Assembly (NCBI GenBank): GCA_003170085.1
Contig: PMZT01000065.1
Location: 3,272 to 26,470 of the forward strand
Length of the DNA stretch: 23,199 nucleotides
Direction: 5' to 3'
From: Planctomycetia bacterium
Lineage (GTDB): Bacteria > Planctomycetota > Phycisphaerae > FEN-1346
This document shows, piece after piece, positions 15,882 through 23,199 of the stretch. The notes under the pieces are model-generated. The model made no database searches. It saw nothing but the letters and a program-made list of their open reading frames with translations, and was not told the DNA's origin. Both the position numbers and the translations under genes were made by a program. The stretch's first letter is position 1. Every line of letters starts with the position of its first letter.

Positions 15882-17216
15882 ATGGCCGAAGCCACAAACC
15901 GGTATCTCGATATCTGTCAGCACTGCGTTACCAAGGCCGTGCGCCTCGGGGCCGAGTGGTGCGACGTCTCGGCCGGGGCGGCGCGCGACATCTCGGTCAC
16001 CATCGAAAAGACCGGCATCAAGACCGCCGACGCCGGCCAGGGCGAGGACGTGGCCATCCGCGCCTTCGTCCGCGGCGGCATGGGCTTTGCCGTCGTCAGC
16101 GGCAGCAACCGCCGCGATATCAATAACGCCGTCGAACGGGCCGTGGCGCTGGCCAAGGAGGCCACGCCCGATCCGGACTTCAAGGCCCTGCCCAAGCCGC
16201 AGCCGGCCGCGGAGGTCAAGGGCCTTTTCGACGAGCGCATCGCCGGCATGAGCGTTGACCAGGTCGTGCGCATCGCCGTGGCCAACCTCGAACTGGCCAA
16301 GTCGATGGAGCCGCTCGTCAACCTCTCGGGCCACGTGGGCCTGACCGTAGGCGAGGGCGCCCTGGCCTCCTCCGCAGGCGTCGCCCTGGTGGCGCGCGGC
16401 ACGGAGATCGACGCCGACATCGAGGCCCTGCTGAAGCGCGGCAGCGACTCCGGCTACTTCTACGATTTCGACTTCGGCCGCAACCTCGACGACGTCCAAC
16501 TCGAAACCGTGGCCGCAAGCGCCGTGACCGGCGCGAATCGGTTCCTGGGCGCGCGGCGGATCAAGTCGCGGCGGATGTCGCTCATCCTCGGGCCGCTGGC
16601 CTCGTACGGTTTCCTGGGGAGCATCGTCGGGGCCGCGAGCGCCGAGGCGATCCAGCGCGGCCGCAGTTGGCTGTGCGGCAAGGTGGACGAGCGCATCGCC
16701 AGCCGCCACCTGACGATCGTCGATAACGGCCTCATCCCGCGCGGCGCACGCAGCGGCGCCCACGATGGCGAGGGCACGCGGCGGCGGCCGCTCACGGTCA
16801 TCGAAAACGGCCGACTCGTCAACCTCCTTCACAACTCCTACACCGCGGGCAAGGCGTGTACCAAGAGCACCGGCCACGGCACGCACTCCGGCAGCATCAG
16901 CCCGACGAACCTGAGGCCGACCCTCGGCAAAAAGACCGCCGCGGCGATCCTGAAAGAGGTCAAGGAAGGCATTTACCTGGAGAGCGGCGAGATCCGGCCC
17001 GACTCGGCCAGCGGCGACATCTCGGCCAGCATCGACTTCGGGTTCTACGTGAAGCGCGGCCAGATCGTCCACCCGGTGGAGAGCGCGATGCTGGGCGGCA
17101 ACATCTTCGACCTCCTGAAACGCCTCGACGCCGTCTCGTGCGACGCCCGCGAAGAGCCCGGCATCCTCATGCCCACGATTCGCATCCAGGACGTGCAGAT
17201 TGCGGGAACGGAATAG
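15882..17216 (+). CDS. pmbA: TldD/PmbA-family protein, PmbA/TldE-type partner subunit (no HExxH)
   Basis: 444 aa. Family-typical Gly-rich segments (GEGALASSAGVA, HNSYTAGKA..GHG, GGNIFDLL). Lacks the zinc motif, as expected for the TldE partner. Immediately downstream of tldD. Confidence 0.8.
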   Translation: MAEATNRYLDICQHCVTKAVRLGAEWCDVSAGAARDISVTIEKTGIKTADAGQGEDVAIRAFVRGGMGFAVVSGSNRRDINNAVERAVALAKEATPDPDFKALPKPQPAAEVKGLFDERIAGMSVDQVVRIAVANLELAKSMEPLVNLSGHVGLTVGEGALASSAGVALVARGTEIDADIEALLKRGSDSGYFYDFDFGRNLDDVQLETVAASAVTGANRFLGARRIKSRRMSLILGPLASYGFLGSIVGAASAEAIQRGRSWLCGKVDERIASRHLTIVDNGLIPRGARSGAHDGEGTRRRPLTVIENGRLVNLLHNSYTAGKACTKSTGHGTHSGSISPTNLRPTLGKKTAAAILKEVKEGIYLESGEIRPDSASGDISASIDFGFYVKRGQIVHPVESAMLGGNIFDLLKRLDAVSCDAREEPGILMPTIRIQDVQIAGTE

Positions 17217-17263
17217 GGCGATTCGGACGCGGGTGAAGACTCGCCGTGCGATGCAAACCGTTC

Positions 17264-17872
17264 TTAGACGGTATTCGCGTACTCTTCACTTTCGAACAGG
17301 CTGGCATGCTCGCCCACACCCACCTCCTTGTCATGCAGGTGTCGAACATCGACAACCGCCCCGAAGCGTATGAATGTCTTCTCGAAGCGTTCGTAGTCCG
17401 CACCCCAGTAGATCATGGCGCATGACATTGGCGCCCCCTTGCCGCCATCCTTGCCATCCACAAGAAAACGAAGGCGTGTATCATATAGAAATGCTACGGC
17501 CGTGGCAGCACCAAACACGAATTGCTTCCAGTGTCGCGTGTTCGTCGCGACAGGGACGAGAGCAAGAACCTCGGCGCCATGCTTGGCGTGCGCCTCGGCA
17601 CACCTTCGCAGCCAGTCGCGAATCGTGGTGCCCCGTTCTCGATCGCTGCCGTAAGGCGGATTCACGTAGATTGTCGCGTAGTTCCATGATGCAGCCAAGC
17701 CGTCGGTTTCGGGAAGGCGATACTCGACTTCCGCCTTCACGATCGAATGGCGGTTGGAACAGGGATCGAGTGCGATTGATCCCGAGAAACACCTTCGAAC
17801 CGCATGCACATACTTTGGCGGGGTGCACCAGTTCTGACTCAGCGATTCCGCGTTGCTGCGCCCTGCTGTCAT
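17264..17872 (-). CDS. Phage-type DNA N6-adenine methyltransferase (Dam_N6_MT family, PF05869-like)
   Basis: Family hallmark WCTPPKYVHAVRRCF..ALDPCSN.., then the catalytic IYVNPPYG (NPPY). Start ATG at 17872 has a perfect TAGGAGGT Shine-Dalgarno 9 nt upstream. The in-frame upstream extension to 17971 lacks it. Local GC is about 53-55%, against about 68% for the window. Confidence 0.8.
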   Translation of the reverse strand: MTAGRSNAESLSQNWCTPPKYVHAVRRCFSGSIALDPCSNRHSIVKAEVEYRLPETDGLAASWNYATIYVNPPYGSDRERGTTIRDWLRRCAEAHAKHGAEVLALVPVATNTRHWKQFVFGAATAVAFLYDTRLRFLVDGKDGGKGAPMSCAMIYWGADYERFEKTFIRFGAVVDVRHLHDKEVGVGEHASLFESEEYANTV

Positions 17873-17886
17873 GAGTTCCGTACCTC

Positions 17887-19008
17887 CTACCAGTCCTTTG
17901 CGGCGAGCTTGCGCAAATCTGCTTGTAGATTCGTGAGGTTGCCCTGGCGAGGGGAGATCACGTTGAACCACGTCTCGACCTCGGCTTCATGGGTGCTGAA
18001 GTAGCTCCGAAGGGCCTCGTCGGCGTCGACGCTGACGCGCACCTTGGTAAACCTATTGGCGCCAGAAGTACCGGAGTAGCTCGCCAAGAACGCCTCCCGG
18101 GCGGGCGCCAACTCTGGTGAAGGGTTCAGCAACAATTTGTCAATGAATTGAGACAGTCCTGCATCCGTCAGGAAGAGGAGCCAGTCGTATGACTGAGCGA
18201 GCACGCGCATTTCCTTGTTTTGGTTCCCAGATGTGAACCAGTTGCCGTGGTTGCTGACCACGCCCACTGTGAGAATGAAGCCGCGCAGATCGGCGACCGG
18301 CGAGCAATCGATTACCTCTCGCAGCAGGTCTCCGTAAGAGCCCGTACGAAACGTGCCGTCGCGCCTTTCCATGACGCCTTGAAACTCCCCATTGCGCAAC
18401 CGAACCTTCTGGAGAGAAGAGACCGATCGCGCCACATAGGCTCCCTGCTTTGCCTTCTCAATTGTCTGTGGCCCCTTTCGCATACCTTCTTCAATACCCA
18501 CTCGCTTGCACTCGAATATGGCGAACGGATCTGTCAAGAGCTCGCATACGGCTAGCCGGCAACGAGAGTTGTCGAGTGCGTCAACGTTGGCCACCACCAG
18601 ACGATCCGCACTCTCGGCAATCACGCACGCATTACGCTTAACGCCGTGCTTGCTCAAAACCTGTGTTGACTTTACCGCCGCTTCGCGTAAGAAAGGCAAG
18701 TTTCGCTTGAGCTTCGCCACTGTGAGCGGGAGTGACAACGGGGCAATGTCAACCACATGCCGGGCGCGGATCGGGTGAAGCGAAAACTCAACGTTGTGAG
18801 CAATCGCACTGTTGGCGAACTCGGGAACTGATCGCTCGATCACGATGTGATCCCGCAGATCCCAGGCTCGCAGCGTATAAAAAGTGATGATCTCGACGAG
18901 CGTACCCAGAGCTCGGCCAGCAGCCTTCTTGCGATCTGCGGCATACTGGAAGACGGTGTCGGCCAGCGTCTTCTGGAGTGCGTCAACGGATTCAAAGGTC
19001 AATTGCAT
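17887..19008 (-). CDS. Uncharacterised 373-aa protein translationally coupled to the Dam-type methyltransferase; putative type II restriction endonuclease (possible PD-(D/E)xK: ..VANVD..x22..FECK)
   Basis: Its TAG stop lies inside the methyltransferase Shine-Dalgarno (..gacTGGTAGGAGGTacggaactcATG). Same strand and same low-GC island. A D...ExK candidate sits at VANVD / FECKRVG. No other recognisable motif. The nuclease assignment is inference. Confidence 0.4.
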   Translation of the reverse strand: MQLTFESVDALQKTLADTVFQYAADRKKAAGRALGTLVEIITFYTLRAWDLRDHIVIERSVPEFANSAIAHNVEFSLHPIRARHVVDIAPLSLPLTVAKLKRNLPFLREAAVKSTQVLSKHGVKRNACVIAESADRLVVANVDALDNSRCRLAVCELLTDPFAIFECKRVGIEEGMRKGPQTIEKAKQGAYVARSVSSLQKVRLRNGEFQGVMERRDGTFRTGSYGDLLREVIDCSPVADLRGFILTVGVVSNHGNWFTSGNQNKEMRVLAQSYDWLLFLTDAGLSQFIDKLLLNPSPELAPAREAFLASYSGTSGANRFTKVRVSVDADEALRSYFSTHEAEVETWFNVISPRQGNLTNLQADLRKLAAKDW

Positions 19009-19229
19009 GCTCCTGCGTTGTGCCGTTCATGCCGTCCAACAATGATTAGAAGAACCCGCATAAGATGCGAAACCTTTGTTTCCTGCCCGAAAAGCTCGCC
19101 GTTGATCCATCCGCCAAGGCTGCGATAACCCCTTAGCCTCATTACCCACAGTCTACGTTATGTTTATCATGGCGTCTTGCGCGAGTCAACATAGAAACCT
19201 CTGGCCGCCGACAACCGCCCGACAAACGC

Positions 19230-19257
19230 TTGACAGGGCCGCTTCACGGCTTAAGAT
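19230..19257 (+). promoter_or_regulatory. Candidate sigma70-like promoter (TTGACA, 16-nt spacer, TAAGAT) upstream of the secreted hypothetical gene
   Basis: cTTGACAgggccgcttcacggctTAAGATatc. Consensus -35. About 140 nt upstream of the ATG at 19396. Confidence 0.4.
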
Positions 19258-19395
19258 ATCGGGTTGATTCTTTTGGGGCGGGGGTAGTGTCGCGCCAAAG
19301 GCCGGACGGCGGCGGCCCGCTACGTCGAAGATCGGCGAGCGCGGGCAGGCGGCGGGGCGGCCCGGTTGACGAGTCTCTCGTTACGGAGTCAGACG

Positions 19396-20115
19396 ATGAC
19401 ACAGAAGCGCGTGTGGCTGCTGGCGGTCGCGGTGATCTTCCTGGCGCTGGCGGCGCCTGCGGCGCGCGGTCAGGACCTGATGACGAAGGCGGCCGACCTG
19501 GCCATCGACAAGGCCGACCCCGACGTCGTCGACCCGAACCTCATCAAGGGCGAGAAGTGGACGCTCGACTTCAAGTACGAGCGCCTCGAGCCCATCATCG
19601 TGACCGCGCCCGAGACCAACCAGCGCGAGATCTACTGGTACCTCGTCTACACGATCACCAACAACACGGGCGCCGAGCGGACGGTCGTCCCGACGTTCAC
19701 CCTGTTCGGCAAGAAGGGCAACCTCCGCCGCGCGGGCATTTACCCGAGCGTCTATGAGGCCATCAAGAGCTCGCGCAAGATTCCGTTCCTCGAGAACGCC
19801 ATACAGATGGTCGGCAAGATTCTGACGGGCCCCGACAGCGCCCGCACCGGCGTCGCGATCTTCGCGCCGCTCGACAAGGACATGGACAAGTTCACGATCT
19901 TCGTCGAGGGCCTGTCGGGCGAGTACATCGAGCGCGCCACCCCCGCGGGGCCGCCCGAAAAGCCGGTGGCCGGCGTCGTCACGCCCCTCGCCCAGACCGA
20001 CAAGTTCATTCGCCTCCGCAAGACGATGGCCATTACCTACAACCTGCCCGGCGACAAGTGGTGGCTCGAACTCACGCGCCCCCTCTTCGTTTCCCAGAAG
20101 TGGACGTGGCGGTAG
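19396..20115 (+). CDS. Secreted hypothetical protein (signal peptide; no recognisable domain)
   Basis: ORF 19366..20115. Preferred start at 19396 gives MTQKRVWLLAVAVIFLALAAPAARGQD. The mature ~215 aa has normal host-like GC and no motif I can name. Confidence 0.55.
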   Translation: MTQKRVWLLAVAVIFLALAAPAARGQDLMTKAADLAIDKADPDVVDPNLIKGEKWTLDFKYERLEPIIVTAPETNQREIYWYLVYTITNNTGAERTVVPTFTLFGKKGNLRRAGIYPSVYEAIKSSRKIPFLENAIQMVGKILTGPDSARTGVAIFAPLDKDMDKFTIFVEGLSGEYIERATPAGPPEKPVAGVVTPLAQTDKFIRLRKTMAITYNLPGDKWWLELTRPLFVSQKWTWR

Positions 20116-20202
20116 CCGGCGCCGCCGGTCAAACGGCCTGGACAGGTGTGCGGATTCACGCGCGGCGGCCGCCCCATGTCGGTTGCGCGTATGTCGTCTA
20201 GC

Positions 20203-20230
20203 GCCTTGCATTCCCCCAAGGCCCGTGTAC
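20203..20230 (+). promoter_or_regulatory. Candidate sigma70-like promoter for rpmE (TTGCAT, 16-nt spacer, TACAAT)
   Basis: cTTGCATtcccccaaggcccgtgTACAATatgg. An AAGGAAGG Shine-Dalgarno lies 6 nt before the ATG at 20280. Confidence 0.45.
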
Positions 20231-20279
20231 AATATGGCTCTTTCGGACTTGGTGCGGCAGCGATAAGGAAGGTAACGCC

Positions 20280-20978
20280 ATGAAGAAGGACATTCACCCG
20301 AAATACGTTGAGTGCAAGGTCACGTGCGGCTGCGGCAACACGTTTTCGACCCGGTGCACGGTGCCGACGCTGGCGGTCGAGGTCTGCTCGAACTGCCACC
20401 CGTTCTTCACGGGCACGCAGAAGTTCATCGACACGGCCGGCCGCGTCGAGCGCTTCCAGAAGAAGTACGGCTGGGACGCCAAGCAGGTCGTCACCCTCGC
20501 CGATGCCGCGGAGAAGGAAGCCGCCGCGAAGCCCAAGCGCAAGGTGGCCTCTCTCAAGAAGATCGAGTTCCTGAAGCCCAAGGTCGCTCAGGTGATGACG
20601 CCCGAGGCGGCGGGCGCCGAAGCAGGCGGTCGCGGCGCAGGCGGTCCCGGCGGCGCGGGCGGTGCGGGTGGTGGCGGTGGTCGGCCCGGCGGCGCGGGTG
20701 GTGGCGGCGGACGGCCCGGCGGCGCGGGCGGTGGCGGCGGGCGGCCCGGCGGCGGACGTGGCGGCCGCGGCAAGCGCGCAGCCCCGGTTTCGACCGAACG
20801 CCTCCGTACGCCCAAGCCCAAGGCCGAAGAGCCCGCCGCGGATGCAGCCAAGGCGGAAGAGCCCAAAGCCGAGGCCCCCAAGGCCGCTGAGCCGCAGGCC
20901 GAGGCCCCCAAGGCCGAGGCTCCCAAGGCCGAGGCTCCCAAGGCCGAAGCCCCCAAGGCCGAGGAAAAGAAGAGCTAG
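20280..20978 (+). CDS. rpmE: Ribosomal protein L31 (zinc-ribbon type) with a ~160-aa low-complexity C-terminal extension
   Basis: The first ~70 aa, [22 protein letters not shown]...[29 protein letters not shown], are canonical L31 with a CxxC..CxxC zinc ribbon. Three tandem 33-nt units then encode [11 protein letters not shown]. Then come KAE-rich and AEAPK x5 (15-nt) repeats, ending EEKKS. Confidence 0.85.
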   Translation: MKKDIHPKYVECKVTCGCGNTFSTRCTVPTLAVEVCSNCHPFFTGTQKFIDTAGRVERFQKKYGWDAKQVVTLADAAEKEAAAKPKRKVASLKKIEFLKPKVAQVMTPEAAGAEAGGRGAGGPGGAGGAGGGGGRPGGAGGGGGRPGGAGGGGGRPGGGRGGRGKRAAPVSTERLRTPKPKAEEPAADAAKAEEPKAEAPKAAEPQAEAPKAEAPKAEAPKAEAPKAEEKKS

Positions 20979-21007
20979 GTTAGTCGGAAGCTCCGGGAAG
21001 AACTCAA

Positions 21008-21041
21008 CCGGCCGCCTCGCGAAGAGGTGGCCGGTTTTTTT
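21008..21041 (+). terminator. Rho-independent terminator after rpmE
   Basis: CCGGCCGCCTC-gcgaa-GAGGTGGCCGG followed by TTTTTTT. Stem of 11 bp with one mismatch, 30 nt after the stop. Confidence 0.8.
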
Positions 21042-21183
21042 GCGCCGCCGTCATGTAGGCAGGACTACCGGTGTCCGCCGCCGTGGCGCCTCATCGGAGG
21101 GAGCACGGCCACGCAAAGACGCGAGGCCGTGCCACCCAAGGAAAGTTCCCGCACCTCTAATACTACACGCCACATAGGCCTTT

Positions 21184-21233
21184 GCGCGGTGGGTCTCCCG
21201 ACCCGCCGCGCAAAGTGGCGTTGTAGCACTAAC
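21184..21233 (-). repeat. REP-like element, copy 4, inverted (GCGCGGTGGGTctcccgACCCGCCGCGC plus flank aaagtggcgttgtagcactaac)
   Basis: The reverse complement (gttagtgctacaacgccactttGCGCGGCGGGTcgggagACCCACCGCGC) matches copy 1 at 6664-6712 almost base for base. Confidence 0.7.
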
Positions 21234-21334
21234 TGAGCGGCGGGACCGCCTTCGGGATTGAAAACCCGGCTGCGCCTGCGTAAACTCCTTGACAGGCCAA
21301 GGTGCCGTACCAGGCCGTGCCACGGAGTTGCTGA

Positions 21335-22507
21335 GTGCCGAACCTTGCGATTCTCGGGTCCACCGGGTCCATCGGGCGCATGACGCTCGAGGTCGTCGCA
21401 TCGCTCGGCCCGGAGTTCCGCGTGATCGCCCTGGCGGCCGGCCGCAAGGTCGAGGTGCTGGCGGCCCAGATTGCGGCCACCGGCGCGCGGACTGTCGCGG
21501 TCTCCGATGAACGCACGGCCCAGGCGCTGCGCCAGGCCCTTCCGGGCGGCATCGCGGCGCCGGAAATCCTGATCGGCCCAGCCGGCCTCGAGTCCCTCGC
21601 CACCCATCCCGACGCCGACATCGTTCTCTCGGCCGTCGTCGGCGGCGCGGGGCTGCCCGCGGCCATGGCCGCCGTGCGGGCCGGCAAACGCCTGGCGCTG
21701 GCCAATAAAGAGAGCCTTGTGATGGCCGGGGATCTCATCATGGCCGAGGCCGCGCGGTCCGGCGCCGAGGTCATTCCCGTTGACAGCGAGCACTCCGCCA
21801 TCTTCCAGTCGATGGCCAGCGGCCGCCCCGGCGAGGTCAGCAAGGTCGTGCTCACGGCCAGCGGCGGGCCGTTCTATCGCAGCCCGGCCGAAGACCTGAG
21901 CGCCGTCACCGCCCGGCAAGCCCTCGATCACCCGACATGGGCGATGGGGCCGAAGATCACGATCGACTCGGCCACGCTCATGAACAAGTCCCTCGAGGTC
22001 ATCGAGGCCCATCACCTCTTTGCCCTCGACGCCGACCGGATCCAGATCGTGATTCACCGCGAGTCCACGGTGCACTCGCTCGTCGAGTTCGTCGACGGCT
22101 CGGTCATCGCCCAGCTCGGCGTGCCGGACATGCGCGTGCCCATCCAGTACGCACTCACGTACCCCGAGCGGCGCCCGGCACCGTGGCCAAGACTGGACCT
22201 GACCCTGCTCGGTCGGTTACACTTTGAGGTACCGGACGTGAAGCGGTTCCCGGCGCTCGAGCTGGGGTTCGAGGTGATCCGGCGCGGCGGGACATGGGGT
22301 GCGGTCCTTTCGGGGGCCGATGAGATTGCCGTGGAGGCGTTCCTGAACGGGCGCATCCGGTTCACCGACATTGTGCCTCTCGTGCGGCGCGTGCTCGACA
22401 ACCATCGCTGGGCAGGCAGCCCAACGCTGGAAGAGATCGTCGACGCCGATACGTGGGCCAGGGAGGAAGCGACGAAGTGCCTAACATCCTACATATCATC
22501 GAAATAG
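21335..22507 (+). CDS. dxr: 1-deoxy-D-xylulose 5-phosphate reductoisomerase
   Basis: GTG start giving (M)PNLAILGSTGSIGRMTLEVV. NADPH-binding GSTGSIG, then LANKESLV, DSEHSAIFQ and the C-terminal Dxr domain. Full-length, 390 aa. Confidence 0.9.
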   Translation: MPNLAILGSTGSIGRMTLEVVASLGPEFRVIALAAGRKVEVLAAQIAATGARTVAVSDERTAQALRQALPGGIAAPEILIGPAGLESLATHPDADIVLSAVVGGAGLPAAMAAVRAGKRLALANKESLVMAGDLIMAEAARSGAEVIPVDSEHSAIFQSMASGRPGEVSKVVLTASGGPFYRSPAEDLSAVTARQALDHPTWAMGPKITIDSATLMNKSLEVIEAHHLFALDADRIQIVIHRESTVHSLVEFVDGSVIAQLGVPDMRVPIQYALTYPERRPAPWPRLDLTLLGRLHFEVPDVKRFPALELGFEVIRRGGTWGAVLSGADEIAVEAFLNGRIRFTDIVPLVRRVLDNHRWAGSPTLEEIVDADTWAREEATKCLTSYISSK

Positions 22508-23199
22508 CCGTTGCGCTCGGGCTGATCATTTTCGTGCACGAGCTCGGCCATTTCCTGGCCGCCAAGTACTTCGGCGTCTGGGTCCGACGGTTCGCCATCG
22601 GATTCGGTCCCGCGATCCCGGGGTGCACGTGGCGGCACGGCGGGCCGCTGCCGGCCGACGGCATGCCGCCGGCCGACGATCCGGACCGTTACGCGACCGA
22701 GTATACGCTGCGCTGGATTCCCCTGGGCGGGTTCGTCGAGCCCATGGGCGATCATCCGGACAGCGAGGGCGGCAGCGACCCGCGCGCCCTGTGGCGCCGG
22801 CCCGCGTGGCAGCGGATCGTCGTCTTCTCGGCCGGCGTGGGCATGAACGCGGTCCTGGCGGTCGTCTTCTTCACGGCCGCCTTCATGATCGGCGTCAACG
22901 CGCCGTCGCCCATGGTGGGCGCCGTCTCGCCGCTGATGGCCGCCGAGGAGGCCGGCATCCAGGCCGGCGACCGCATCGTCGCCATCAACGACCGGCCCAT
23001 AGAATCCTTCGAAGACATCATGACGCTCGTGTCGTCGTACGATGCCGGCACGTCGTTTGACATCACGGTCGAGCGGCCCGCGGCGGGTGACAAGCCGCCC
23101 GAGCGGTTGACGTTCAAGAACCTCGTGAGCCGGCGCGAACCCGGCGACATGGCCCCGCGGCTGGGCATCGAGCCCGCGGCCGAGCCGGTCATCCACGAG
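22477..23199 (+). CDS. rseP: RIP site-2 metalloprotease RseP (M50 family, with PDZ domain); 5' portion, continues beyond the window
   Basis: Absent from the ORF track, probably because there is no stop inside the window. GTG at 22477 is preceded by GGGAGGA. Translation: (M)PNILHIIEIAVALGLIIFVHELGHFLAAKYFGVWVRRFAIGFGP... with the HELGH zinc motif, then a PDZ-like segment (GIQAGDRIVAINDRPIESFEDI). It overlaps the dxr 3' end by 31 nt. The dxr-rseP gene order is widely conserved. Confidence 0.85.
   Translation, partial: MPNILHIIEIAVALGLIIFVHELGHFLAAKYFGVWVRRFAIGFGPAIPGCTWRHGGPLPADGMPPADDPDRYATEYTLRWIPLGGFVEPMGDHPDSEGGSDPRALWRRPAWQRIVVFSAGVGMNAVLAVVFFTAAFMIGVNAPSPMVGAVSPLMAAEEAGIQAGDRIVAINDRPIESFEDIMTLVSSYDAGTSFDITVERPAAGDKPPERLTFKNLVSRREPGDMAPRLGIEPAAEPVIHE

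Noticed and set aside
20588-20956. Minus-strand 122-aa Pro-rich ORF ([20 protein letters not shown]...) antisense to the rpmE extension
   Set aside because: It is the mirror image of the GGC/GCC-rich tandem repeats in the rpmE tail. There is no start context, and the sense strand has a promoter, Shine-Dalgarno and terminator.
21288-21330. TTGACA hexamer upstream of dxr as a promoter
   Set aside because: A consensus -35 is present (cTTGACAggcc) but I could not find a convincing -10 at 16-19 nt spacing, so it is not listed as a feature.

Overview
High-GC (roughly 65-70%) bacterial chromosomal window, mostly housekeeping and envelope genes. The lineage guess, Planctomycetota- or Verrucomicrobia-like, is inference only, from the secreted CAZymes, flotillin and the extended L31.

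Gene content, in order:
- Minus-strand flotillin module: nfeD-like, flotillin, then a bacterial-PH-domain membrane protein.
- A secreted GH29 alpha-L-fucosidase flanked on both sides by an unusual composite ~110-bp repeat family.
- A convergent secreted GH10 xylanase-family enzyme.
- An S1/P1-nuclease-like secreted protein and a TPR lipoprotein, separated by a large palindrome built from 7-bp GTCCAAR repeats.
- hisF, translationally coupled to a PilT-like ATPase.
- A membrane-anchored GspE/PilB-family protein whose ATPase motifs all look degenerate, followed by a CvpA-like membrane protein with a Pro/Ala-rich tail.
- The tldD/pmbA protease pair.
- A ~2-kb low-GC island carrying a phage-type Dam N6-adenine methyltransferase, translationally coupled to an unrecognised 373-aa partner that I read as a putative restriction enzyme.
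- A secreted hypothetical protein.
- rpmE (L31) with a long Gly-rich and AEAPK-repeat C-terminal extension.
- dxr, overlapping the 5' part of rseP, which runs off the window end.

Non-coding structure is rich. A GC-rich REP-like hairpin family (GCGCGGYGGGTC..GACCCRCCGCGC) recurs at least five times at gene ends. The GTCCAAR heptamer arrays sit at four gene junctions. The composite repeats flank the fucosidase gene.

Most worth follow-up:
- the pseudo-ATPase PilB-like protein next to PilT;
- the heptamer-repeat palindromes;
- the fucosidase-flanking repeats;
- the low-GC putative R-M island.
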